Below, piece by piece: positions 1-8,279 of a stretch of DNA of 32,000 bases. The stretch's first letter is position 1. Each line of letters opens with the position of its first letter. Origin of the DNA: an uncultured Chloroflexia bacterium (lineage in GTDB: Bacteria; Chloroflexota; Anaerolineae; Anaerolineales; Anaerolineaceae); contig OY969938.1 in the NCBI GenBank assembly GCA_963704755.1, positions 960,001 to 992,000 of the forward strand, read 5' to 3'. The translations under genes and the position numbers were made by a program. The notes under the pieces are model-generated. The model worked only from the letters and a program-made list of their open reading frames with translations. It ran no database searches and was not told where the DNA came from.

Positions 1-20
1 GGAGATGAATCGAACACAAC

Positions 21-1232
21 ATGGCTAACCCGGTTGAGGGAAAACGTATTCTTTTGGGGGTCACCGGCTCGATCGCGGCCTATAAGGCTGTTGAAATTGC
101 TTCCCATCTGGCTCAATGGGGTGCTCAGGTGGACACGGTCCTGACCGAAAGCGCCCAGAAATTTGTCACCCCACTTACTTTCCAATCCGTCACCGGCCGA
201 AAAGCCTATACCGACGCTGATTTGTGGGGCGGCGAAGGCCACGTGACTCATGTCGGTCTGGGCCGCTCGGCCGACTTGCTCGTCATCGCCCCGGCTTCGG
301 CCAACACGCTGGCCAAACTGGCCCATGGCCTGGGGGATAACCTGCTTGCGCTGACCGCACTGGCCTGCCACTGCCCTATCCTGGCCGCACCGGCTATGGA
401 CGCGGGCATGTTCGAACACCCGGCCACGCAGACTAACGTGGAGATTTTGGCCAAACGCGGGGTCGATATCATCGGCCCGGCCGAGGGCCATCTGGCCTCC
501 GGGTTGACCGGCCGCGGCCGGATGGTCGAACCGCTGAGCGTCGTCGCACGAGTGCGCTACTTGCTCTCGCGCAGCGGTCCGCTGGCCGGCAAAAAAGTCG
601 TCATTTCCGCCGGTGGCACCCAGGAGGCCATCGATCCGGTCCGGATGATTACCAACCGATCTTCCGGAAAACAAGGTTTCGCCCTTGCCCAGGCAGCCCT
701 GGACGCAGGCGCGGACGTCACCCTGGTCACCACCACGCTGGCACCTGGGGCTCCAGACGCAGCGGAAGTCATTCAGGTGAAATCGGCCGCCGAAATGCTT
801 TCCGCCATCCTGGAATCGGTCCCCGGCGCCGACCTGCTGGTCATGGCCGCGGCCGTCGCCGATTTCCGCCCGGTGCATACGGCCACGGACAAAATCAAAA
901 AACGCGACGGCATCCACGCGATCGAGCTCGAGCCGACCACCGACATCCTCAAGGCGGTCGCCGCGCAAAGAAACAGCAGCGGGTTCCCGCGTTTCACCAT
1001 CGGCTTTGCCGCCGAAAGTAAGGATTTGCTGGATAATGCCAGGGTCAAACTAACCGAAAAACGCCTGGATTTGATTGTCGCCAATGATATATCCGGCCCC
1101 GAAGCCGGCTTCGAGGTCGATAACAACCGGGTCGCGTTGATTTTCCCGGATGGTACCATCGAGCGTCTGGATTTGATGGCCAAGGACGCCGTTGCTGAAA
1201 TCATCCTGCAACGCGCAGCGACATGGTTCTAG
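21..1232 (+). CDS. coaBC: Bifunctional phosphopantothenoylcysteine decarboxylase / phosphopantothenate-cysteine ligase (CoaBC, Dfp)
   Basis: 403-aa ORF. N-terminal flavoprotein half (ILLGVTGSIAAYK, PASANTLAK) and C-terminal CoaB half (ISAGGTQEAIDPVRMITNRSSGK, AAAVADF, DKIKK). Typical length for the fused enzyme. Confidence 0.9.
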   Translation: MANPVEGKRILLGVTGSIAAYKAVEIASHLAQWGAQVDTVLTESAQKFVTPLTFQSVTGRKAYTDADLWGGEGHVTHVGLGRSADLLVIAPASANTLAKLAHGLGDNLLALTALACHCPILAAPAMDAGMFEHPATQTNVEILAKRGVDIIGPAEGHLASGLTGRGRMVEPLSVVARVRYLLSRSGPLAGKKVVISAGGTQEAIDPVRMITNRSSGKQGFALAQAALDAGADVTLVTTTLAPGAPDAAEVIQVKSAAEMLSAILESVPGADLLVMAAAVADFRPVHTATDKIKKRDGIHAIELEPTTDILKAVAAQRNSSGFPRFTIGFAAESKDLLDNARVKLTEKRLDLIVANDISGPEAGFEVDNNRVALIFPDGTIERLDLMAKDAVAEIILQRAATWF

Positions 1233-1391
1233 AGATTATCCTAAATGTGGGGTGTGCCGGCCGGCTCACTCCAATTGGGGGTCCATCCCAATTCGCATCG
1301 CTTTGACACTCCATTTATAATAATGGTATGGGATTTATAGTTGCTCAAGTCCCTCGATAAAAGTCTTGAGCAGCAACTGGGATTTTTGACT

Positions 1392-2117
1392 ATGACAATT
1401 TTGATCATTTCCGATATCCATGCGAATAAAGAAGCGCTGGACGCCGTTTTAGCCGATGCCGGTGATTACGATGAGGTATGGTGCCTGGGCGACCTGGTCG
1501 ATTATGGCCCCAACCCGAACGAATGTATCGAGACGATCCAGGATTTGCCAAACCTGACCTGCCTGATGGGCAACCATGACGCCGCGGTTCTGGGTAAGCT
1601 GGACCTATCCACTTTCAACCGCGAAGCCTTTACCTCGGTTGCCTGGACCAAAGAGCAAATCACCCCCGGTAATCTGGCCTTCCTGGATAAGCTGCACGAA
1701 CGGGTCAATTTCGGGCAGGTGACGCTCAGTCATGGCAGCCCGCGGAACCCCATCTGGGAATATTTATTGGATATCAACACCGTATTGGCCAATTTCGCCT
1801 TCTTTACCACCCCGTATTGTTTCGTCGGCCACACCCATATTCCGATCCATTACATCTACAACGGCAACGGCCACGTCGATTGGGCCGTACCTTCGCCCCG
1901 CAAAAGTTTTGTCATCAACAGCCATTCCATCCTCAACCCAGGCTCGGTCGGCCAACCGCGTGACCGCGATCCACGCGCGGCGTATGCCCTTTATTACCCG
2001 GATATGGGTAGTTGGGAAGCGCGCCGGGTGAATTACAACATCAAAGCCGTTCAGAGGAAGATATTGAAAGCCGGCCTGCCGCAAAGGCACGCATTGCGCC
2101 TGGAAGAAGGCTGGTAA
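1392..2117 (+). CDS. Calcineurin-like metallophosphoesterase (YfcE/MPP family)
   Basis: MPP motifs in order: ISDIHAN, GDLVDYGP, GNHD, SHGSP, GHTH. The track ORF starts at TTG 1341; the ATG at 1392 (MTILIISDIH) gives the usual N-terminus, with the first metal motif a few residues from the start. Confidence 0.8.
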   Translation: MTILIISDIHANKEALDAVLADAGDYDEVWCLGDLVDYGPNPNECIETIQDLPNLTCLMGNHDAAVLGKLDLSTFNREAFTSVAWTKEQITPGNLAFLDKLHERVNFGQVTLSHGSPRNPIWEYLLDINTVLANFAFFTTPYCFVGHTHIPIHYIYNGNGHVDWAVPSPRKSFVINSHSILNPGSVGQPRDRDPRAAYALYYPDMGSWEARRVNYNIKAVQRKILKAGLPQRHALRLEEGW

Positions 2118-2171
2118 GCGGAACCAATTCCGTAACACTGCCGTCTATTATGCAAACACCGAGGAGGAGAA

Positions 2172-3143
2172 ATGATGAAACGCAGCCTGGCAGTTACACT
2201 TGGATTGATTCTATTGGTCATGCTTGGGGCATGCAGCGCGGCGGCCGCCACGCCGGCCGTAAATAGCACATTCGGCAGTTACAGTGATAAAGGTGCACCA
2301 CCGACGATGGCACCCGCAATCGCCGAGGCAGTACCGGCTGAAGCGCCATCGGCCGGTTCGGATACTACCAACCAGTTCAACTCTGAAGTCAATCAGCCGG
2401 ACCGGATCGTCATCCGCAACGCTGATCTGACCATCGTGGTGGATAAACCGACCGACGCCCTGGACAACATCCTGAAAATGGCAGATACCATGGGCGGCTA
2501 CGTGGTCAGTTCACAGCAGTACCAACGCAGCACATCCTCTGGCAACCAGGTTACCGAGGCTTCGGTCACCATCCGCGTCCCGGCCAGTAAGCTGGATACT
2601 GCCCTGGACCAGATCAAAGGGCTGGTCAAAGACGCCGATATCGATGTGATCAACGAGACCATCACCGGCCAGGACGTGACCAAGGACTACACCGATTTAC
2701 AGTCGCGCCTGCGCAACCTCCAGGCTGCTTCCGATCAATTGACCGCCATGATGGCCAAAGCCACCAAGCCCGCGGATGTGCTCTCCATCTTCGACGAGCT
2801 CAAACAGGTCAACGAACAGATCGAGGTGATCAAGGGCCAGATCCAGTACTACGAAGAATCGGCCGCCATGTCGGCCATCAGCGTGACTATCCAGGCTACC
2901 GCCTCGATCGCCCCGGTGACCATCGCCGGCTGGGAGCCGAAAGGCGTCGCCCGGGATGCGCTGCAAACTCTGGTCAAAGCCTACCAGGTACTGGCGAACG
3001 TGTTGATCTGGTCGGTCATCTTCTGCCTGCCGATCCTCATTCCGATCGGCCTGGTGCTGTTCTTCCTCATCAAAGGCATCCAGCGCTACCGCCGCAACCG
3101 CAAGGTCAAAGCCGCTGCGACACAGCCGCCGGTCGAAAAGTAA
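2172..3143 (+). CDS. DUF4349-like lipoprotein with C-terminal transmembrane anchor
   Basis: GAGGAGGAG RBS just upstream. Signal peptide with lipobox LGAC (MMKRSLAVTLGLILLVMLGAC). Central coiled-coil-like region (DYTDLQSRLRNLQ...QIQYYEE). C-terminal hydrophobic helix plus basic tail. This is the layout I recall for DUF4349. Confidence 0.7.
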   Translation: MMKRSLAVTLGLILLVMLGACSAAAATPAVNSTFGSYSDKGAPPTMAPAIAEAVPAEAPSAGSDTTNQFNSEVNQPDRIVIRNADLTIVVDKPTDALDNILKMADTMGGYVVSSQQYQRSTSSGNQVTEASVTIRVPASKLDTALDQIKGLVKDADIDVINETITGQDVTKDYTDLQSRLRNLQAASDQLTAMMAKATKPADVLSIFDELKQVNEQIEVIKGQIQYYEESAAMSAISVTIQATASIAPVTIAGWEPKGVARDALQTLVKAYQVLANVLIWSVIFCLPILIPIGLVLFFLIKGIQRYRRNRKVKAAATQPPVEK

Positions 3144-3152
3144 GCAGTATTT

Positions 3153-3195
3153 CAGGTGTTGTTTTTGGCAGAAAAACCGCCAAAAACAACACCTG
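3153..3195. repeat. Perfect inverted repeat, 17-bp arms, 9-nt loop (CAGGTGTTGTTTTTGGC ... GCCAAAAACAACACCTG)
   Basis: Read directly. Starts 10 nt after the stop of the DUF4349 gene. No T-tract immediately after the stem. Confidence 0.9.
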
Positions 3196-3215
3196 GGTTC
3201 TAACCTGCTTTTTGT

Positions 3216-3253
3216 GGCCCACGCTTCTCACGCCGGGAAGTATGGGCCTTTTT
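3216..3253 (+). terminator. Candidate intrinsic terminator
   Basis: GGCCCA (3216-3221) pairs with TGGGCC (3243-3248). Inner CTTC/GAAG pairing. Followed by TTTTT (3249-3253). Confidence 0.45.
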
Positions 3254-3517
3254 ATTTATCCTATCCGTTTCCGCCAGAATTCACCACAAATTCAACTAAA
3301 ATACTCTATAATTTACTGGATCAGTAATTTACCCAGGCTGCTACCTGCTCACCCCACCCCGGGAGATGGGTTCACATGCAAGGCAGCCACTTGAGCTAAT
3401 TTAATAAAAAATATAAGGTTACTATTCGGCAACCGCAAAAAGGCCAAACCAGCCTGAATAGTAACAATACAATCGGATTAACCCCACGGATTTAGCCTCT
3501 CGAGAAAGGAATGAACC

Positions 3518-3910
3518 ATGGATGAGACGAAAAGCCAATTCACCAATATCGATGAATACATCGCGATGTTCCCAGCAGATGTGCAACTGCTGATGCAAAA
3601 AATCCGGGCCGTGGTCCACGAGGCCGCCCCGGAGGCCGAGGAACGGATCAGCTACGCGATGCCGGCATTCTATATGAACGGTAACCTGGTCTATTTCGGT
3701 GGTTTCAAGAACCACATTGGTTTTTTTCCCACCAGCTCTGGGATTAATGCCTTCCATAACGAGTTTACGGACTACAAGTGGTCCAAAGGCACGGTCCAAT
3801 TCCCGCTGGACAAGCCCATCCCCTATGATTTGATCCGCAGAATCGTCCAATTCCGGGTCGCCGAAATCGAGAAAAAACGGCCTTCGGCCAAAAAGGCGGT
3901 TGGGAAATAA
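3518..3910 (+). CDS. DUF1801 (YdhG-like) domain protein
   Basis: 130 aa. AAAGGA RBS. Sequence pattern IDEYIAMFP...ISYAMPAF...GNLVYFGGFKNHIGFFP...KGTVQFPLDKPIPYDLIRRIVQFRV matches my recollection of the DUF1801 family. Confidence 0.8.
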   Translation: MDETKSQFTNIDEYIAMFPADVQLLMQKIRAVVHEAAPEAEERISYAMPAFYMNGNLVYFGGFKNHIGFFPTSSGINAFHNEFTDYKWSKGTVQFPLDKPIPYDLIRRIVQFRVAEIEKKRPSAKKAVGK

Positions 3911-3943
3911 CTTATCCAGGCATACCTTCTTAAGATGTGCAAA

Positions 3944-4008
3944 AGAGAAGGGTGTTTTGTTATTTTTGGCATGCTGCGCATGCCAAAAATAACAAAACAC
4001 CCTTCTCT
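3944..4008. repeat. Perfect inverted repeat, 31-bp arms, 3-nt spacer
   Basis: AGAGAAGGGTGTTTTGTTATTTTTGGCATGC (3944-3974) / TGC / GCATGCCAAAAATAACAAAACACCCTTCTCT (3978-4008). Lies between convergent genes (DUF1801 + strand, GH36 - strand). Confidence 0.95.
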
Positions 4009-4050
4009 CCTATGACGACTGATTAATTTGGAAATATATTCTTCCAAGCG

Positions 4051-4093
4051 TTCGGCCCGGTCTCCAGACCGAGGCCGCTCTTCATCTCCGGAC
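4051..4093. repeat. 43-nt dispersed repeat, copy 1 (hairpin core CGGTCTCCAGACCG)
   Basis: 36/43 identical, by hand alignment, to 23989-24031: TTCGGCCCGGTCTCCAGACCGAGGCCGCTCTTCATCTCCGGAC vs TTCAGGCCGGTCTCCTGACCGAGCCCGTTCTTCAACGCCGGAC. Confidence 0.8.
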
Positions 4094-4240
4094 GGTGAAA
4101 AAATGAATTTACCTATATAACCCTGGCGTAGGTCGGGTTAGGGCTCGTTAATTGCAATTGAGGATGGCATAGCGTGCGGTTTACTCGGATCTTGCCCGTA
4201 ACCCGACAATAGAACGCAATTTTTCCGGATGTACCTGCAA

Positions 4241-6589
4241 TCAAACCAGCGAGATGCACACATCCAGCGGATCGTCGAAGGCCACCGAAAAGTGGTAGAA
4301 ATTATTCCCGGCCGGCTGCCAGTTGAGCGGCTGCTCGCCGCCCACAGCATACATCGGCGGCGCCGGCAACCAAAGCGAAAACCAGCCATTCGCCTCCCGG
4401 CCCAATTCCAGCCTCAGCCGGATATCCTCGGCGGTCACCTTGAACGACTTCAGCTCCACACCCTGGCTGAAATGCAGGTTGCTGCCGGCAAAAGCAGCCG
4501 CTCCGCTGGGGTCAGGATAAACCGCCAGCAATGCACAGCCATGCGGCGCCAGAAGCGGCATCGCCGGACCAGTCGCACTTTCGACCATCCTTTGGACGCC
4601 ATCCCAGAACGAACTGACCAGGTATCGCCCATCCGGCAAATTGAAATCCGCAGGGCGGAATTGCCAGGCCAGCGGTTTATCCTGGCTGTTGAAGCGCGCC
4701 AGCACGTGCCAGTCGCCGGTCGGGCCATGCATGTCCAACCGCAGATGCTCCGGGGTGGTGCGTTCGAACAAGTCCAATACCTCGGCTCGCCGGCCGAGCA
4801 CCGGCATCAGCACCCGGGCGATATCCAGGCGCTCTTGCGGCAGCCCGGGCAGGTCGTCCGAGAGCAGCAGCGACCCACCGGTCATCGCGATGGCGCTGGC
4901 GAGGGTCTGTACCTCAGCCAGGCTGAGATGGGTATCCGGTCGGACCAGCAGGCAGTCCGGGTCATTGACCCACCAGCGCCCGTGCATGGGGCTGCGGGCC
5001 AGGATATTCTGGATGGAATTACGCGCACAGGGCATGTGCGGCTCATTTTTGAACGGGAAGGTGAGGTTGAAGTAGCGCGGCGTCCAATCCCCGCTGACAT
5101 CAGCGCCGATGCGATTGGCCTCGACCAGTCCCAGCACCGAGCCCAACGGAGCGCCACAGCCCAGCAGGAAGGTATCCGGGCCGGCTGCCTCGCGCACAGC
5201 CTGCATGCCCATGCGCAGCACCTGAGCCCGTGTGCGGGTGGCATCGTAATACACACCCGGCAGAGCGGCCGCGTAGAGAAAGTCGAGCTTCAAATAGGGA
5301 TAGCCCCATTCGTGGGCCGCGGTCGCAATGACCTGGCGGCTATAATCCAGCGCCTCGGGAACGGTCAGGTCGAGTGCCTGGCCAAAGGCGTTCCAGACAA
5401 AACCGGCATTGGCCGGCCGGCCATGCCGGTCGCGCAGCAGGTAATCCGGGTGCTGGTGGGCCAGATGCGACTTTGGATGGACGATAAAAGGCGCCAGCCA
5501 CAGCCCGGGTGTAAGGCCGGCCTGCTTGATTTCAGCCGCCAGCGGAGCCACGCCTTCCGGAAAAGTCGGCTTGAACGAGAACCAGTCCCCCACCTGTGAT
5601 TCGAAACCGTCATCGATCTGCACCAGCGGCAGCGGCAGGTTCTTTTGTTGCGCCGCCAGGACCTTGAGGTTGTCCTGGATATTCTCGGCGCTCAAATGGG
5701 TATAAAAATGGTACCAGGAGCACCAGCCGGAGGGGACCAACTCGGGCAGGTGGACCTCATTTTCACGCGCGGCTGTATCCAGGTAGATACCCAGGGGATC
5801 TTCCAGGCTGCTATCGAAGAGCAGCGCCACTGCCCAATCGGTGCTGATCTGGCAGCCGGGGTCCAGGCGGGCGGAATCACCATTGGCCCACAGGTGCAAA
5901 CTGGGCCGGTCGTACAGCACAGCCTCCAGGCAACCGAAGTGTTGTTTTTGGGAGAGGAAACCTAATAACAACCCGCTGCGGCTGGCAGGGTGCGAAATCA
6001 CCCCGAAGAAATCCGAGCTGAAATAGCCGCGTGAGCGCAAGGCCGGGGTGCCGGCGTTGATGACCATCGGCTCCTGAAATGGCCCCAAGCGCGAGCGCAG
6101 CATGGCAGCCCGGGCCGGGTACGCCCCGCTATGTGACCAGGACTGCCAGCCGTTCTTGAAAAATGTCAGCTCCGACAATTCAATGTTACCAAGCTCGAAG
6201 GTACCCCGCTCGGGTTGGCCTCCTGCCTGCAGCAAGTCGATCCGGTCAATGGCCAGAGGCTGGCCGCCCTGGTTGGTCAGCTCCATGCGCCAGATCAACA
6301 GGGGTGAGCCGGGCAAAGTCGTAAATTCGACCCGTACGGCCAGGCCATAAGTATCCGCTGGGGCGCGATACTCCAGTCGCTCGGGCCCTCCGGACAGACC
6401 GGTAAACTTGAATTCCCCACCCGGCGCAAGCGGGCGGCTGATTTTAGCCGTTCCGTCCTCCGGGTGATACTGTACGCCCAGGTGCGCATTTTGAATATTC
6501 GGCAAGTTTGCCCGGATGCCAGACAGGCTGAAACGAACCAGGCTGTCGTCCATCTGGAAATGGAGAAAAGGAGTATTGATTTCTATCAT
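4241..6589 (-). CDS. Glycoside hydrolase family 36-type alpha-galactosidase (melibiase-like)
   Basis: Motifs GWCSWYHFY, LVQIDDGF, YLKLDFLY, WVNDPDCLLVR are typical of GH36/GH27-clan alpha-galactosidases. The track start (6772) adds 61 low-quality residues that run through the 6616-6664 palindrome. I use the internal ATG at 6589 (MIEINTPFLHF...). No clear RBS, so the start is uncertain. Confidence 0.8.
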   Translation of the reverse strand: MIEINTPFLHFQMDDSLVRFSLSGIRANLPNIQNAHLGVQYHPEDGTAKISRPLAPGGEFKFTGLSGGPERLEYRAPADTYGLAVRVEFTTLPGSPLLIWRMELTNQGGQPLAIDRIDLLQAGGQPERGTFELGNIELSELTFFKNGWQSWSHSGAYPARAAMLRSRLGPFQEPMVINAGTPALRSRGYFSSDFFGVISHPASRSGLLLGFLSQKQHFGCLEAVLYDRPSLHLWANGDSARLDPGCQISTDWAVALLFDSSLEDPLGIYLDTAARENEVHLPELVPSGWCSWYHFYTHLSAENIQDNLKVLAAQQKNLPLPLVQIDDGFESQVGDWFSFKPTFPEGVAPLAAEIKQAGLTPGLWLAPFIVHPKSHLAHQHPDYLLRDRHGRPANAGFVWNAFGQALDLTVPEALDYSRQVIATAAHEWGYPYLKLDFLYAAALPGVYYDATRTRAQVLRMGMQAVREAAGPDTFLLGCGAPLGSVLGLVEANRIGADVSGDWTPRYFNLTFPFKNEPHMPCARNSIQNILARSPMHGRWWVNDPDCLLVRPDTHLSLAEVQTLASAIAMTGGSLLLSDDLPGLPQERLDIARVLMPVLGRRAEVLDLFERTTPEHLRLDMHGPTGDWHVLARFNSQDKPLAWQFRPADFNLPDGRYLVSSFWDGVQRMVESATGPAMPLLAPHGCALLAVYPDPSGAAAFAGSNLHFSQGVELKSFKVTAEDIRLRLELGREANGWFSLWLPAPPMYAVGGEQPLNWQPAGNNFYHFSVAFDDPLDVCISLV

Positions 6590-6615
6590 GAAGGCTGTGA
6601 CCGTGGTTGAAAGAT

Positions 6616-6664
6616 TTTGAGTGTTTGTTGCGAATGACTTCGTCATTCGCAACAAACACTCAAA
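6616..6664. repeat. Perfect inverted repeat, 23-bp arms, 3-nt spacer
   Basis: TTTGAGTGTTTGTTGCGAATGAC / TTC / GTCATTCGCAACAAACACTCAAA. Located in the divergent 5' region between the GH36 gene (-) and the esterase gene (+). Confidence 0.95.
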
Positions 6665-6780
6665 CATAGTTATTATAACCGGGCTATTTAATTCGGCCGG
6701 TGTTACAATGAACATCAGTAAGATTACACTTATACTCTTCTTTGAAGAGTTATCTTCACTAAAGCAATCCATCGATCAAC

Positions 6781-7458
6781 ATGAGACCTGAAATTCAAAA
6801 ATTCCAAACCGTCATCCCCAGGTCGTATGTTCTCCCCACCCTGCTCTTTCTGCCCCAAGGGTACGAGCGCAATTCCAGCCAGCGCTGGCCGCTGCTCTTG
6901 TATCTGCACGGTTCAGGGTACCGGGGGGATGACCCGAACCTGGTGCTCTCCTCGGGCCTGCCAAACATCGTTCACCTGGAACGGGACGATTTTCCCTTTA
7001 TCCTGGTCTGCCCGCAGTGCCCGGCGGACACCTGGTGGTCCGACCATATCCCAGCCCTGGACATCCTGCTCAAAGACATCTCCGACCGCTACGCGGTTGA
7101 CCCTCATCAGGTATCGGTGACCGGCTCATCTATGGGCGGATTCGGCGTCTGGCACCTGGGAGTAAGCTACCCGGAGCGTTTTGCCGCTTTAGTCCCGTTG
7201 TGCGGGGGCGGTTCCTGGTTCTATGGCTTTCCCGAGCGGGTGCGCTCGCTTAAAACCACCCCGGTTTGGGCATTCCATGGAGAGGATGATGTGATCGTGC
7301 CGCCGCGTGAATCGGCCGTCCTGGTGTATGAGCTCAATCAGGCCGGCGGACAGGCCCGACTGGACATTCTGCCGCGGGCCGGGCATGACGTCTGGCGCCA
7401 GGTTTATCGCCGGCAGGACCTGTGGGAATGGATGCTGGCCCAACGCCAGGCAGACTGA
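6781..7458 (+). CDS. Alpha/beta hydrolase, esterase (dienelactone hydrolase / PHB-depolymerase-like family)
   Basis: 225 aa. Oxyanion region LYLHGSG, nucleophile elbow GSSMGG, acid HGEDDVIVP, His in GHDVW. Confidence 0.8.
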   Translation: MRPEIQKFQTVIPRSYVLPTLLFLPQGYERNSSQRWPLLLYLHGSGYRGDDPNLVLSSGLPNIVHLERDDFPFILVCPQCPADTWWSDHIPALDILLKDISDRYAVDPHQVSVTGSSMGGFGVWHLGVSYPERFAALVPLCGGGSWFYGFPERVRSLKTTPVWAFHGEDDVIVPPRESAVLVYELNQAGGQARLDILPRAGHDVWRQVYRRQDLWEWMLAQRQAD

Positions 7459-7462
7459 TCGA

Positions 7463-8017
7463 CTAGAGACGCGGCAGCAATATACCCTGTTGGTGTTGGT
7501 ATTTGCCTTTTTTATCTGCATAGGAAATATCGCAGGGCTCGTCCCCTTCGAAGAACAGCACCTGGGCGATGCCTTCGTTCGAATAGATCTTGGCCGGTAA
7601 GGGGGTAGTGTTGGAGATTTCCAGGGTCACGTAGCCCTCCCATTCGGGCTCGAAGGGCGTGACGTTGACAATAATTCCGCAGCGCGCGTAGGTGCTCTTG
7701 CCCAAACAAATCGTCAGGGTGGAGCGCGGGATGCGGAAATACTCGATCGTGCGGGCCAGGGCAAACGAATTGGGCGGGATGATGCAGACTTCCCCCTTGA
7801 AATCAATCATCGAATTCGGGTTGAAGTGCTTCGGGTCCACAACCGCCGAAAATACATTGGTAAAAATTTTGTATTCATCGGCTACACGAATATCATATCC
7901 ATAAGAAGACAGGCCATAAGAGATCGCTCCGTCCCGTTCCTGGTGGTCCACGAACGGCTCGATCATGCCCTGTTCCAACGCCATTTTTTTGATCCAATGA
8001 TCTGGTTTAATGCCCAT
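7463..8017 (-). CDS. dcd: dCTP deaminase
   Basis: [22 protein letters not shown]..., SSYGYDIR, and a typical ~184-aa length from the ATG at 8017. The track starts at TTG 8038, 7 codons upstream. Confidence 0.9.
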   Translation of the reverse strand: MGIKPDHWIKKMALEQGMIEPFVDHQERDGAISYGLSSYGYDIRVADEYKIFTNVFSAVVDPKHFNPNSMIDFKGEVCIIPPNSFALARTIEYFRIPRSTLTICLGKSTYARCGIIVNVTPFEPEWEGYVTLEISNTTPLPAKIYSNEGIAQVLFFEGDEPCDISYADKKGKYQHQQGILLPRL

Positions 8018-8188
8018 GGGATGGTTGGTCCTTTTCAACTGGTGTGGAGGTTGGATTGGCTATCTGGTTGTTGCCCGGCCTGCACCCGGCAGACAGAATA
8101 GCTGCTTGAATTGTAATAGCTAAAAATGTATTTGACCACAAATGCATGCCGATACACACGGGTGCTTTTTAAACTACCCGGACTCTGT

Positions 8189-8242
8189 CCCGAAATTGAG
8201 GTGTTTGCAGGGTCATGACCCTGCAAACACCTCAATTTCGGG
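8189..8242. repeat. 54-bp perfect palindrome (27-bp arms, no spacer)
   Basis: CCCGAAATTGAGGTGTTTGCAGGGTCA|TGACCCTGCAAACACCTCAATTTCGGG. Lies between the ftcD stop (8280, -) and the dcd start (-). Confidence 0.95.
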
Positions 8243-8279
8243 TTCTTCACCATCCATGCCCATCCGTGGCCAAATCCAG

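Noticed and set aside
1233-1391. Promoter call between coaBC and the phosphoesterase gene (TTGACA at ~1304)
   Set aside because: The only TATAAT-like box is 7 nt from the -35 hexamer, and the alternative -10 (TATGGG at 18 nt) is weak. This is not good enough to report as a feature.
3422-4000. 192-aa - strand ORF overlapping the DUF1801 gene and the 3944-4008 palindrome
   Set aside because: The opposite-strand DUF1801 ORF has a good RBS and family-typical sequence. This ORF has no recognisable features and starts inside a palindrome.
4229-5599. 456-aa + strand ORF (and several shorter ones) inside the GH36 gene
   Set aside because: It is antisense to a CDS with clear family motifs. Its composition is Arg/Gln/Pro/Gly-rich and low-complexity, typical of spurious ORFs on the opposite strand of high-GC genes. 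It has no motifs.
6590-6772. 61-codon N-terminal extension of the GH36 ORF in the track
   Set aside because: The extension is AT-rich, has odd composition and runs through the perfect 23-bp-arm palindrome. The GH36-like sequence begins only after the internal Met at 6589.
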